A DNA stretch of 64,000 bases from the human T2T-CHM13v2.0 reference genome, Homo sapiens, in NCBI RefSeq assembly GCF_009914755.1, contig NC_060933.1; one strand, 5' to 3'. Under the pieces are notes generated by a model. It had not been told where the DNA came from, made no database searches, and worked only from the letters and a program-made list of their open reading frames with translations. Of this stretch, positions 28,327-42,814 are shown piece by piece. The first letter of the stretch is position 1. Each line of letters begins with the position of its first letter. Both the position numbers and the translations under genes were made by a program.

Positions 28327-28759
28327 GTTGCAGCAGCCCCATCTGTACTAAGATAATTTCTGTAATATACTTTCAGGTGAAAAAAGCCAGGTATAAAAAA
28401 TAATAGAGAAAAGAAAATATGTTTGTACATGCATGGATTACCTCTGGAAAAAATACACAAAAGAATTGGTAATGATCAATCTTCTGAATAAAGAAACAGA
28501 GTGGCTAGGGAACAAGGGGGGAAATTCGTTTTTCACTGAGTATGCTTCTGTGCCTTTTAAATTTTGTAGCATAAGCATTATCTATAAAAAATTAATATAA
28601 TTCTTTCAATATACACCATCTGCACCCCTCCCTGGTGTTCCTGTTTCTAGAATTGCAAATGGTGTATCTCAATACAGACTGAAAGGATCTGGAAACTGAA
28701 ATGGATCTTACATCATCTAGTATGGTCTTGAATCTAACTCTTCAGTTCTCCTACAAACA

Positions 28760-28922
28760 TGCTACTAAAAATGTGGTCTGCAGACCGGTAGTGTCAGCAT
28801 CACCTGGAGTTTGTTAGGAACTCAGAATCTCGGGCCCCAGCCTAAACCCAATGAATCAGAAATTGTGCTTTAATAAGATTGGCAGGTGAGTCCTGTGCAC
28901 ATTCAGGTCTGAGAAAGACTGC
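28760..28922. mobile_element. MER5A-like MITE
   Basis: TGTGGTCTGCAGACCGG..CAGCATCACCTGGAG..CAGAATCTCGGGCCCC..GAATCAGAA. Confidence 0.8.
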
Positions 28923-29479
28923 TTTTGTCACATCACCCACTGAGCCTGTGCTGGAAAAGCCCTGGAGAAGGGGAGATTTCTTCCTTAAGAATTCACCAGT
29001 TCATCTTTAATAATTATCATGTACTGAGCACCAGTATGTGCCAGAAGGTCACCTAGATAATTATTCTTCATTAGTCCTCACAATAACCCAATGAGGTACG
29101 GAATTTCCCAAGCTGAAGGACAGGTACCACCAGTAGTGAGGGAAATGATTCTAGGCAAAACATCTGAATTGCGTATGTTCTTAGAGAATGAGACCATTAC
29201 TTCCTTTTCATTTTCAATGCTTTTAATTATTCACAAAGAAAATCACAGTTTGGTTCTAGTGTGTCCTTCATGCTTCTTTACATTACTGATACTTGCCCCT
29301 CCTATTTCCCCCTTTAAAGCTAGAACCCTCTCAACAGCTTGGTTATTGAGTTGTTTCAATGAACCAAAGCTATCTTCCTATAACTTTCACACCCGTTATA
29401 ATTTTATCTATTGGATCCACATCCAGAAAAGAACTGAGAGAGAAGCTTGCCCAATGAGATGTTAAAATGTTCCCTACTA

Positions 29480-31480
29480 GGACAATAAATAGATGGCAAT
29501 GAAGCTGAAATAAGTAGGTAGATCAATAGAAAGCAATAGATAGTTCAAAAACAAATTCAAGTTTATTTTAGAGCAAGTAGCCCTTAAAACTGAAAATGGA
29601 AAAAAATTAATAAATGGCATTGTTTGGGGACTACTTTGGGGGAAAGCATACAAACAAGTATTGGAGCGATTAAAGATACAAATGTGAATAAAACACATGT
29701 TAATATGGATATAATCTTAGACAGGAGGGGAGGGCATTCCTAAGCACTGCGCTCAAAGGTGCAATCACGAAGGATGAAACTGATCCTCAAAAATTTTAAA
29801 CATTGGCACCTGGGATAATATATGTGCAATATACATGACATCAGATTAATTATCCATAAAATACAGATTTTACAAATTAAGAAAACAAACTCTCTAAGTT
29901 TTAAGATGGGCAGAGTCAAGATGGGAAAACAAGACCAAAGCATGAAATATAAATGTCCGATAAATACATTTAAAAGTTTATCACCATTAAGGAAATGCAA
30001 AGTAAAGCACAATGATTATCAAATATAAAATTAGAAAGTGTTAAAAAGTATTAAATTTGAAGATGTGAGATGTAGAGACATGGGCTCATTCTCATTTATG
30101 TACTAATGGTAGAAGTTTAAATTGGTAGACTTTTTTCAACTGCAATTTGGTGATATGTATTTTAAAACCTAAAAATATTTTGACCTGGTAACTCTGCCAC
30201 CAAAAATTTAACTCGTGAAAATAATTAAAGACTAGCATGAAGATTTTAGCTATGAGGATGTATGTCAATATTGAGAATAACGGTGGGGGGCAGAGTAAAG
30301 AAAGCAAAGGAAGGAGAGAGAGAGAAAGCAAAGGTGGTACATCCAAATGCCCAGCAATAGGAAACTATTTAATAAATTATGGTATGTCTGTCTCATGCGA
30401 TACAATATAGTCATTTAAAAATAGTACAGAAGTAGGTTTATTTACAAACGAGGGTCATATATTACTGAGTGGGGGAAAATATTAGAAATATAATTTTCAA
30501 AGCAAAATCCAGGGGTGTGGGAAGTGTATGAGAGAGAAAATGAGAGAGAGAGAGAAATATATAAAAATATAGACACAGGATGTTTATTACTGCAATGTGA
30601 TGACAGCATAAACTAAACAAACTTGAAACAACCTAGATTTTAATCAATGCAGACTGGTTAAGTGACCTAATTATAGCATAGCTGTATCATATAGGCTTTT
30701 GAAAGAATTAGGAATATCTGTTTGTGCTGGTATGAAAAGATTTCTTAGATATTTAGTGCAAAAAAAACAGGGAAAAGTACAGAACAAAGAATATTATTTC
30801 ATTGTGGAAAATAAAGATATATAGCTACAGATAGAATGTGATTTCATATACATATATCTCTTTAAAGGATACCAAAGAAACTGTAAACAGTGGTAAGTTA
30901 CAGAGTTGAGAACCCAGGTCAGGGAATGGAAGGGGAGATTCATCATTCTATTCCTTTCTGTACTGCCTGAATTTTTCTGACGTGCGTTTATTGCTATGAG
31001 CACATACAGACCTAATTTATCATAGAAAAAAATATATATATACCTAGATAGACCACAAAAACCTAACGGCAATTATCACCAGCTGTTGAGATTCTGATTT
31101 TTATCTTATCTTTATTCCCCAATTTTTCCATAGTCAACAACCATTACTTGTGAATTTAATATATTTTAGTCATTTCAAAAATTAAAACATGGAAAAATAT
31201 ATAATACATTTAAACATAAAACATTATATTTATATATAATATATAATACATTATATAATAAATTATGCATTATACAAAAATTATATAATACATTTAAAAG
31301 GAAGAACATAAAATGTTATATAAATCTTGATTTTGTTTTAGGATATATTTATATATGCATAGAAAAATGACAGGAAGGGAATGTGAATAATGGAATTATC
31401 TATTGATGGGATTACTAGACAATTTTTATTTCTTTATACTCTCTCTGTTTGCCACTAAGTTTTCCATATTCAATATTCAC
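29480..31480 (+). mobile_element. Old L1 (L1ME/MC-like) 3' fragments with TA-rich low complexity
   Basis: GGAAATGCAAAGTAAAGCACAATG; CCAAATGCCCAGCAATAGGAAACT..AATAAATTATGGTA. Confidence 0.7.
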
Positions 31481-33049
31481 TGCTATAAAATAAGGAATTA
31501 CTCTTATTTATAAGGTTATAAATAACCCACATGGGAAGAAGTAGGTTCCACAGGGCAGAAGAAAGGCACAATGATGTGAGGACACTTGGCATTAGTAGCA
31601 AAAACAAATGTCAGAGCCTCCATTGGGCACAGCTGGTATCAAGTAAAGCTGAGAGATACAGAGGCTAAAGTTCCCTTGGCATATAGTCAGAGTTCTAGAA
31701 TCTTGAAGTTAGAGGAGACTTTCCAGTTATCTAATTAAGCCCTTTAGTTGAACCCAGATCTTGCAGAGACCTCTGTTCCTCCAGCTACATGGGGGGATGT
31801 GACCTAATCTTTCACTTAGGGACAGGAAGGGAAAAAAGATATCCACATTTTGCACTGAAGGGGCCAGCCTGCTCCCTGTGGTGGCCCAGTTTCATGGATA
31901 TGTCTTCCAATCATTCGTTTCACAAATTAGCACCTCCCTAATATATGCAAAGTGTTAGATATGGTGGATTCAGGCCCCACCTTCATGCTCTCCCAAATTC
32001 AAGGTCCTCCACCTTCCCTCTGCAGCACTTGTCCACTCTAGGACATGGGACAGAGTAGGAAGTTTCTCTGAGAAAGCCTTCTCCCACTACCTAGGACTCA
32101 AGGGCAATGATGATCCAAGTGTACTCTACAGAGGACCACAGTGCCTGTAAGAGGATCTGACAGGGCAGTCATCTCCATGATGCCCTAGCTGTGGGGGCAA
32201 CCGAGAAGGAGACAGACTTTCCCTTGAGTTCCAGCTCAGTTCAGATGGGATTGGGACACTCCGTACCGCCAAGCTCATGCATTACTCACCTTCTGCACAG
32301 GTAGGTGGAAGGGAGTTTGCCACCATGGTGTTTCCATGGGCTTTGACATGTAAGGGCATTCTTTTAAGCCCAACAGGCAAATACTCCTTTGAGAAATGAG
32401 GCAACCAATTTTGAAGGGAACCTACCTGTGGGTGGATATGAAACAGTTAAGTTGCAAAATCCAAAAGGAGTACCAAGTAGGCGATTTTCACTCCCAGCTT
32501 CTGCAGCCCATGGAGACCTTTGCAGGTGGGAAATGGGAATCCACCATTAAGGCAAGAACTTCTGGGTCGTAAGAGAGGCTATTCCATGTGGCACTCAAAA
32601 CCAGAAGTCATTTTTCCCAAGTAAAGCCAGAAATGTTTATAAATATCCCTCCAATCACCAAAGCACAAGAAACAGGGAAGGAAAAATTTGCATATCAGAG
32701 CAGATGGGGGTTAGCGCGGCCCTCCTAAATATAATCAGTTCACACCAATCTATATGGTGCCAAATAGAAACTGTTCACAGTGGTTATCAGTCCTCGGTGT
32801 GCACAGGAGTCACTTGGGACACTTCTAAAGATTATAGACAACTAAGCCCCAAAGCTTCTAATTTAATCAGTCTGTGCCAGGGCCAGGCATTGATGTTTTT
32901 TAAATGATCCCCCAAGCGATTCTAGTATCTGGGATGCAAACTGCTGAACTTGCCCAACAGAAGTCTGACGGGCACATCTACGCACACATGAGAACAGACT
33001 TTGAGCAGAGAGGCTGAAACCCAAGCTTGGACCCTCCAATCTGCTCTCC

Positions 33050-33590
33050 ACTCAGTCGCCAGAAGGATCTTTCTAAGAGGGGGAGCTAACCACCCCCACT
33101 CCCCTACTTAGAACCATTAAGAAGTCCCCATGGCCTACAGGGTAAGACCCTCCTTAGCAGGACCTATAAGACCTCTCATGATTCAGCTCCTGCCCTTCTC
33201 TCTCTGCTCACACGCTGTGCTCCCACTGTGTTGAAATATCAAGGTTTTTTTTTTTTTTTTTTAGGTCTCTCCTAAAATTTCTTTCTGCACTCTCACACCA
33301 GACTCACATACTTATCTTTCAAGGCTCAAATTGAAAAGCTCCTCTACAAAGCTTTTCTAACCAGCTTCTCATTTCTCCAGTAGAACAGCTCTCTCTCTCT
33401 CCTCCATCCCTCATGTATAGACTACCCTTTCAACATGTTACTGTGATCTTAAGCACACTCATACTGCTCTGTCAGTACCTATTACTGTGATTGGTCACTT
33501 GCCTGTATCCCCAATAAAATGGAGCCCCTTGAGGGCTAAAGGTCTCATTCATACCTAAAAACCTAAATCAGTGTACAGCCTGGATATACC
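33050..33590 (+). mobile_element. L2 3' region
   Basis: CCAGAAGGATCTTTCTAAG...CCCCATGGCCTACAGGG...CCTTGAGGGC. Confidence 0.65.
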
Positions 33591-33607
33591 ACACTCAGTC
33601 CTAAGAT

Positions 33608-34295
33608 CAGGCAGATCCCTAAGATTTGTAAGGCCCGGGACAGAAGTTGAAACAGAGGCGCAAGTAGCAAATGGCTCAACTATTGAAAAGTTATAAGTCA
33701 AGCTAGCTTCCTGTTGACTGAAATATGCTCTATTCTCCTACCATGAAAAATATGCATTATCAATCTAGAAGGCTAGGCTCAAGTTTAGACTTCTGGGACA
33801 CCTCAGGGCTCTGCACTAGAACCAGGAGACACAGGAGAGAGAGCCTTGCCTTCACCCTGAGCTGCTTTCTTCTTTTCCATGCATATCTCTGTCTTGCAGT
33901 GCTCTGTCCACCTTCCATGCATATAACTGGTTGCTCTAGCCCTAATGTCCAAACGTCATCTGTGTCTTCCCCAAACACTCTATATGACCACTTTTCAGGC
34001 CCAGGGGTTCACCAAGTGATGCAGTCAGCCCAAGGACCTGGGAAAGAGGCTCACACAGGACCCAGAAGTAGGCTCTGAGTTGTTGGGGCATAAAATTCAG
34101 GGTTCAAACTATCTGGAGTGTGGTCTAGAAGAGGTGGAGGGGCACAAGTCCTGGGTGTGGATGGGTCTTCCTCTTAGACAAATGGTCTCCTCCATCCATG
34201 GGGACAGGTACAGCTGGAGGAGGGCCAGAGGGGGGCCCTCTAAGTCTTGGGGCCCAGGGCAGGGATCCTTCTTGTACAAATCCAAGGGAAGTTCT
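33608..34295. mobile_element. hAT-Tip100-type DNA transposon fragment
   Basis: AAAAGTTATAAGTCAAGCTA...ATATGCTCTATTCTCCTACC and GGGGCCCTCTAAG..GGGGCCCAGGGC subterminal motifs. Confidence 0.55.
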
Positions 34296-35247
34296 GCTTA
34301 AGACATGTTAAGCATCATCGCCTCCTTCAAGAAACTTCCCTGATTCCTCATGCTAGGAAATGTTCCTCTCTACATTCAAAGCATCTTGTGGGTATTTCAG
34401 ATTCTTCACTTAGCCCGGTGTATTACAATGATCTGTTCCTAGATCTGTCTCTCTCTCTTTGGAGCTTCTTAAGAACATGAACTGTATCTCATTCCTCACT
34501 ATGGACCCTCAGGCATCCTGTTCAGAGGGATGGCACAGGGCAGGCGCTTATCCAATAACCAGTGAATGCATTCATGAAGCAGATGGTGGTGGAAGGAGAG
34601 GATACTGATCATATCCAGACACTAACTCCCTTTACCTCTCCAGGTTAAGAGTTTTACCAGTGACCTTTTGAAGACTGAGTGGCAATTAACATTGTAATTG
34701 AGATAAACTCTAGTCACACCTATGGACAATTTATGATTTATCACATATACATTACCTATGAAGAAACAGAAGTGCTTTATTTCCTACTGAAATTCCAATT
34801 TACAAATGACCTTTTTGCTGTCTTAATAAAGTCACACACACACCCTCCAAAAATGACACTCTCGGGTACTGTTGAGCAGAAGAACCCAATCTTAAACACC
34901 TAAGGTAACTTCTGAGCAGGCCGTGCGAGCAGCGCCTCTCACCAACAGGACTTGAACTGAGCTACTTCCGAATAAGGAAGAAGGGTCCTTTCTCCTTCTC
35001 ACATCTGTCATTCCACAGGACATTCGAGACCTTGTTGATGGGACCACTTAGGAAAAATGGTTTCCCTCCAGTAATGAATGCCTCCATAAATCTCTGGATG
35101 ATGACAGAAGCAATTTGCAGATGAGATTAGAGTAACTCTCCTATGGTGATATGCCTTTTGCTTCATGTAGCAGTGGCTGAATCCTTGGTCTGTTGAGTTG
35201 GGATTTTTTTTTTCATCCTCTGCCAATTTACCCAAAGATGTTCTGAA

Positions 35248-35440
35248 ATTGTGCAATTGGCAAACTGTAATAGCCTGCACCCAGGGAGCGGCAGGGGAGT
35301 GACACAGTGAGTCACAGACCACAACAAAGCCCTTCCTGGCATGTCGGGCTCTCTTGGCAAACCCAGAGGATGTAAAATTGACAGTAAGACAAGGAGCATC
35401 ATTGTTATTTGTCAACAAATTGCAATGACCATTGCAAGGT
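35248..35440. promoter_or_regulatory. Candidate enhancer (motif cluster)
   Basis: CEBP ATTGTGCAAT 35248, AP-1 TGAGTCA 35308, RUNX ACCACA 35318, SOX AACAAAG 35323, ETS CTTCCTG 35332, in apparently repeat-free sequence. Confidence 0.45.
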
Positions 35441-36159
35441 CTTGGCAGCCCCACACAGGGAAGCCTAGAGGCAAGGAATGGGGGAGCAAGTCAACAAAAT
35501 GATGGAAAACCCCTGTCTCCCAATGAGCAAGTGTCAGACAGGTGTGTCAATAAGAATATTTTTTCTGACCCCAGTGACCTATTTCTCTGTCATGTTCAAC
35601 AAAACAGAAGGGTGCTGCTTTAGTGGCAGTGGGAACCTCAGATGCACATGAATAATTAACTGGCCTTGAAATAAAAAGACTTAAATATCCGACCCTATTA
35701 GCTACCAGCTGTGTGACTCTGGGCAAGTCGTGTGATATCTGAGCATTTGGTTCCATATGTCTGCAAAATTCCAGTATCGTCAACCCCACCCAACTCATGA
35801 GATTGTTGTAAATATCAAGCAAGATAAAGAAAGTAAAATGAGTTTATAGGTACAAAACTCAGCACAAATCATATTTCTGGTTTTTTTTAAATTTATTTAA
35901 GATAAGACATTGTCCAAAAATCAAATCCAGGAAAACTGGACAGAATCTGATTTGATTGTATTAGGTTCATAGAAACAAATGCATTTACAAACTAATGTCA
36001 GGTGTCAGAAGGTCTGCTCGTTGCTATATAGTCTACTGCCACAATGGAAAACTTAAAGAAAGTATTACCTCTTGCCTCCTGTAAAGGGGCTTAGTACCAG
36101 TCCATCTGCACAGCTTCATTCTTTGAGATCTAAGCCTTGGGTTCAAACTTCCTCTCAGT

Positions 36160-37480
36160 CAACATTTTCTAAGCACTTACTACAGGCCAGGCCCTGTGCT
36201 GGCCACTATGTAAACAAATACAATCAAGACAGCCATGTTTCCTGCTCACTATGGGATGGGGGAAGGAGACAAACCATTCAGAGTGCTACATGTTGCAGGT
36301 ACCTGTATATAAGGTACAGAGAATGGGAACAAAAGTCAGGAACAGCTATTTCTGCTTGTGCAAACAAGGAAGCTTCAAAATACATATACCTACTATGTGC
36401 CCATAAAATTTTTTAAAAATAAACATTTTTTTAAAAACAGCTTCAGAGAGGAGATGACTCTTGAACCAAGTCTTAAAAGATAGGCTGACTTTTACCAGGC
36501 AGATGGTAACTCGGAGGAATTCCCATGAAGCTAAGAGATCAAATGCCTGATACAATCCTACTATTCAGGGAATCAAAAATTATCTGACCATGGGAGGGAA
36601 GGGGCACTCTTAGAGAAAGGTGAAGGGAGAGACAAGGATCAGATCACTGCAGTCTTAATAGGCAAGCTGACCTTTACCCTGTAGGTAATAGGGATCCAAG
36701 GAAATGTTCTAAAGGTGACTATGACATGATTAAACTTTCACTTTAAAAAAATCTCTCTGGTGTGCTTGGAATATGCCTTGGAAGAGAAAGGTGCCTACAG
36801 GCTGGAAAGCCAGCAAAAGGGTGATTTTCCTGCTTGTTTTTTAAATATATCAGCACCCTTTGTTCCAAGCCAAATCTTAAGTGGGCCCTCATGGTGTGAC
36901 ACAGATGAAAGCACAGCCGCTTGGTGGAAGGTAGGATCTAGGGCCAGGAAGGGGGCTACTGGGCCTCCTTTCAACAGCACGATCATGCCTGAGCCCCCTC
37001 TATAAAGTCCTAGGGCCCTGAAGAAAATGATGTGTGTCACTGTGTTAAGAAGACAACAGGAGAGGCCCCGGGGAGAGAGGAGAGAGGAAGAGGAGCAAAA
37101 ATGTAGACAGGACCCAATCCACAGTTCCTGGTGATGGACTGACTACAGGAGGCAAAAAGGAGGAACCTAGGAACGAATTCAGGGTCTAACTGGGACAAGG
37201 GAGAGGACGAGGGCGTCTCTCATGATGTTGGGTGAGATGAGTTCTGACACATCAGGTGAGAACTTCCAGTGGGCAACTAAGGGGGATAATCTTAACTAGA
37301 AAGAAAAGATGTGGCAGTTAAGAGCAGGACCAAGAGAATCGGTAAGATCACCATGGAAGAGTGGGGACAGAGAGCAGAGAAGGGGGCCTGAGATAGACCC
37401 TCAAAAACCCCTGGAGGTGAGGAGTAGGAATCTGGGAAGAGAGGGACAGAAATAAGAAAATGGGGATAAAGACCCCAGAA
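36160..37480 (-). mobile_element. L2 fragments (antisense)
   Basis: AAGCACTTACTACAGGCCAGGCCCTGTGCT; TTTACCCTGTAGGTAATAGGGA; GACATGATTAAACTT. Confidence 0.65.
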
Positions 37481-38160
37481 ACCAAGAGGAGAGAGTATCT
37501 TGAGGATACAGAATGTGTCCCATGAACCTGCAATGTGGGACAGTATCCCAACTCACACAGGGTCCATCAAGCTAGGAGACAAGGTGTTGCCAGCGTGGCT
37601 AGGACTGAAATGTTTACTGGAGCAAGAAAGACACTCACTTTGCTTCTTGGGAAGTCACTCTTCTCACAGCCAGAGCTTAACTTTCCATATGTCATATCCT
37701 TAAAAAAGAGAGTCCAATGTTGAATAATTAGGCAATATTCCCAAGGAAGGAGTAGTAGTTGAGAGACTATGAGGATTCAAAGAATTTCACTGCTCATCTT
37801 GTCCAGTTATACTCACGTTAAGTGGTCACTGCATTTACCATTACCTAATATGAGCAATAATGATAATATAAAGATTATCACAGTGCTTTGCTGCTTCATT
37901 TGATCCTTCCTCACAGTGTTCCTACCAAGTGGTAAAGTGGTAGCTCATCTTCCGACAAAATGCTTATAACCTCACAGGGCAACTCATCACATTTTCAGAA
38001 TATCTCTGCTTTAAAAAAAAAAGTTATTTCTGGGTTGAGCTGGGCTCTTCCTTCCTGTAGTTTCCACATTAGTTCTGCTTCTTAATGCCAGACAAAGCTG
38101 ATTTATTTGAAGATAAAGACTGTGTTCTCCCCAATCTCTCTTTTTTCAAATAGAAACATA

Positions 38161-38476
<316 letters not shown>

Positions 38477-39032
38477 TCAACTCCTTCAACCATTCATTCA
38501 ACCTTCAATCATGAGGCATGATTTTGAGTCATTTCATCATCCCTGATAGATCTCTGAACAGAGTGACATTGTTTAACCTTTAAGATTGGCATGAAAAAGA
38601 CAGATGATTCAGCTTTTCAAGTGTCCAGGTAGTAACCACGTAGCCCTAATCTGAAAATGCCCCCTGGCCTCCATCTGTTCACCCAGCTCAGTGCCTTCGC
38701 CCTCTCTCTAACCATTCAGTCCTTGCTTTTTGTGCCCAGTTCCTGGAGTGGGGTGATCCATCCAGGTGTTACTGCTGCTAATACCTCTGCCTTTCCTCCC
38801 ACCCCACCTTTCACCTTTATTTTAAATAGTTGGAACGAGAATAACAACCAGCAGTCACTTACTATAGGCAGATGCTAGGAGAGGTGCACTTTCATGCGAC
38901 TCATATCATTTAAGTCTCATGACAACTCTGCAGGACAGTAACTTGTTCAAAGTCATGCACAAAATAAGGGATGGAATCGGTATTCAAACCCAGGTCTTGC
39001 TGAGTACCAAAATCCCACACAGAAAAATCTAG

Positions 39033-39335
39033 AGCTGCCCTGTTCAATACAGTAACCATTCACCACATCTGGCTATTGCACCTGGGATATGTGGCTGTCT
39101 GAATCGAGGTGTGATATAAATATACACCAGATTTTGAAGACTTCGTTGAAAAAAGAATGCAAAATATCTCACTGATAATTTTTGTGTTGATTATGTGCTA
39201 AAATAACTTTATGGATATATATAAAATATATCCTTAAAATTACTTTCACTGCTTTTTACTTTTTCTTTAATGTAGCTGCTGGAAATTTTTAAACTATTTA
39301 TGTGGTTTGCATTTTATTTCCTTTAGACAGCTCTC
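39033..39335. mobile_element. MER33-like hAT-Charlie MITE
   Basis: CCTGTTCAATACAGTAACC..CCACAT; ATACACCAGATTTTGAAGACTT; AAAATATCTCA; TTAGACAGC end. Confidence 0.8.
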
Positions 39336-40999
39336 ATCTAGAACACAAGAATAAAAAGTCTCAACTCTTTGGAAACTGCTATCTTGATATAAGAGCACTT
39401 AAGGAGTAGCTGTTTAAGTAGTCTGGCATTGGATGGGATATTGTGAACAGTGATGCAATCAGAGCTTTACCTCTCTGTATTCTGTTGTTGTCTTGTGTTT
39501 TATTTTGTTTTTCAGTCTTCCCAGGGCTTTGTATATGAGGTGTAGTTTATGAACAAAAGAGATAAATTTATATCTCTTGTATCCATGAGTACACGCATCT
39601 TTTCCTTTAAGGTGCTACAGTATGTCATATTTCACATAACTGACTACACCTGGATAAAACCATGTGTGTTTAAATTGTGAATCATCCTTAGTAGGGATGG
39701 CTGAAGCTTTTAGAGAATAAAGAAATCCTACATGTGATATTTTTCTGTTTTGCTGTAATAATTTTTTCTCTTTAGGTTTTGCAAACAAAAAAGTAAAAAA
39801 GTATTTTAAATGAAGAATCTCCAAATCAGACACAGCAATTGAAATCAAAATTAGCATAAGAAGTCACTAAGTTTACTATTATCTGACATTAATAAAAATA
39901 ATAATATGTAGCATATTGCACTGTTTAACATATGCAGCCTCCTTTAATCCTAATCCTATATTAAAGTCTATGAAACGGGCAGTAGCAGTTTAATTATGCC
40001 AATTTAACAAGTTAAAGTTTGAGGTCATGGGAAGTTGAGTGAATAAAACCCAGGGCTTCTGAGTCCAACTGTGGTGATGTTTCCATTTTGTATCATGTTG
40101 GATAGTGAAGGGTATTACAAATAAGCTACCAGGGAAATCTTGATCTGGCAGTTCTCTTTTCAATGTTGTCTGGGGTTTACAGAGAGTTCCTTCCTATGGG
40201 ATAACAGATTCATTACCAGATTAATTTAGACGTCACAGAAAAGCACCTGACACAGTGTTGAGTATATGACAGTTACTCAATCAACATAATTTTCTCTTCT
40301 TTTACCTTTCCATACCAAGAAAATCTACTTGTTAGATAGTGCTACATGATCACTCATCCTTGTTCTTGGTTTCTGGATCAAAGATATTTGACTTCCTTTC
40401 ACGGAGTTATCTGGATGCACTGTAACCTCATCACTGTTATCATTACATTGCTTTAACACCCTGATAAAGAGAACTTGGACTTAAAATCTTAAAATCCAGG
40501 TCAAGGAAAATTAAAGAAAAAGAAATCATTGGCTTGAAGATTATAGTATTTGCTATTTTCAAGAGTAAACCTATTCGTGGTGATTTGACAAACCATCAGG
40601 TAGGTTCTCTGTGAAATCCACAGATCTCCATCACCTACCAAAACCTGTAAGGATAAAATACAACAAATGCAGTCTGGGATGCTGCCTGTAGCCTGGGGTT
40701 CAAACCCAAGCTGTCAACCCGAGGCTTTGGTATCAAAGAAAGAGAATCATTCATTATGATGTCAACATATAATACTAGTTACCATAATAATGTCTTACAT
40801 TTATAATTGTTACTCTATTGCTTTAAAAGTATTTTCACTTTAATATTCACCTCATGCAATTCCAATTTACAGATTTGGAGATCGAGACTGAGAGAGAATA
40901 GTGCCAAGGGTTACAGATCTTGTAGAACTCACCCAGCAACACTGGCTGACTGCCTCTAGCTATGTCCAGTGGGAATTTTTCCGTTGAAAGGCTTTAACA

Positions 41000-41505
41000 T
41001 CAAAAATGTGTTTCTACTTTCATTAAAGAAAAGTAGAGAGATGATACCTGATTCAGGAAAGCTTGATCAGGTCAATGATATGACCAGGAACTGGGCTTCT
41101 CCCATTTTCCACTCTGCCTTCTCCAGGGTCAACTTTGCCCCAAGACCAGCCACCACCATGATTGCAAGATGGCTGTCTGCAGTTTCCAGGCCCACGTGTT
41201 TTTCCCTCTGCATCCAGTAGGAAAGTGTATGGGTCTTTGCCTCAATATTCCTGGCAAAATCCTGAGATTCACCCTCACAGGAATGTCTTGGGTCACATAC
41301 CTCCTACCCCCGCCAATGAATCACGGAGGTCAAGGCAGGGGATGGACTCATTGACTTAGCCTGGGTCATGCACTCCTTTCCTGCAGCCTGGAGTGCAGAC
41401 AACTAATGTGGAACTCTGGGAAATCCCAAAGGAAATCAGGAGTCCTTGAGAAGAAGGAAGGAGACTGAATGCTAGAGAGTCAAACCAACAAAGGCCAGCT
41501 ATACC
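41000..41505 (-). mobile_element. MLT1 (K/J-like) MaLR LTR
   Basis: GCAAGATGGCTG..CAG; TTGGGTCACAT; GCCTGGGTCATG; CCCAAAGGAAATCAGG. Confidence 0.7.
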
Positions 41506-42416
41506 AGTCTAGTATTTCTCCCATGAAGGCACAATGGTAAGGAAGACTTTTAAAAGAAGTTAAGTAGACAGTAAACACAGATGCACTGATTTATCTTGTA
41601 GCACTGGCCATGGATTGAAGAGTCTGTATATGGAAATGAATTTTCCTCCTACAATGTAAAATCGTAAGCTGAGTATGCTAAAAGTTACTTAAAAGATTTG
41701 TTTCCTATAGCACTGAGTTATTCTGAGTCCCTAAAGTGAAAGAAGACCAGGAGACATGTGTCAACATTAAAACTTGTACAGCAATTGTGCAAGAGACAAT
41801 GCATTCCTGGTGTCCCTATGCATCACCAGAACTAGGTGATGGTGACATTTTGACCACAGGTTGCACTACTAACTAATGAGCTAACTATTGCCCAGCACTA
41901 GGACAAAATGTTTTATACTCATTTCATGCTCCAGACAAACTCTGAAATAAGAACTGATTACCATCCCCATTTCACACATGAGGAAACTAAAGATCAGAGA
42001 AATTAAATGATTTACCCAAGCTCACTCAGGATAGGAATTCAGCTCCATTTCAGACTCTGTGCTCTTAAACATTGTGCCACTCTGTCAGGTGGACAATAGC
42101 AAATTTTGCATCTGTTTGGCTCTCTTGGAGACTTCTGCTGTTTGTAGGTAGGCTCAAAAATCAAAAGCCTTCTCCCATTACAATGCATCCCTTGTAGAAA
42201 AGAAACAAAAAAAAAGGGGGGGGGGAAACTCCAAGTACCCCTGGAGCCCACCTTCAGAATCACTGACTATTTTAATATCTTCCAGAAAGTGACAGAGTGC
42301 CGAAGTCCCACAGATCTGTATTTGAATCCTGGTTCTGCTACTGCCTGCAGTTTAACCTTTAACAAGCCAATTAACCCCAGTGAGCCTCAAGTTTTTATCT
42401 GCAAAATGTAGATATT

Positions 42417-42708
42417 GGCGGGGCACAGTGGCTCACGCCTGTAATCCCAGCACTTTGGGAGGCTGATGCGGGTGGATGTCCTGAGGTCAGGAGTTCAAGA
42501 CCAGCCTGGCCAACATGATGAAACCCCAACTCTACTAAAAATACAAAAATTAGCTGGACGTGGCGGCGGGTACCAGTAATCCCAGCTACTGGGGAGACTG
42601 AGGCAGGAGAACTGCTTGAACCTGGGAGGCAGAAGTTGCAGTGAGCCAAGATCATGCCATTGCACTTCCAGCCTCTGTGACAAGAGCAAAACTCCTCAGA
42701 AAAAAAAA
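42417..42708 (+). mobile_element. AluSq/Sx-like inserted in a MIR
   Basis: Complete Alu; perfect 14-bp TSD AAAATGTAGATATT at 42403-42416 and 42709-42722. Confidence 0.96.
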
Positions 42709-42776
42709 AAAATGTAGATATTACCTGCCCTCAGGATGGCTGAGACATAAATAAGGTCACAGGCTGGCACATAGAA

Positions 42777-42814
42777 AGTGTAGTGTAGTGTAGTGTAGTG
42801 TAATGTAGTGTAGT
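42777..42814 (+). repeat. (AGTGT)n pentanucleotide repeat
   Basis: About 7 units with one interruption. Confidence 0.92.

Noticed and set aside
35019-35130. Good plus-strand acceptor at 35018
   Set aside because: No convincing downstream donor and no recognisable reading frame.
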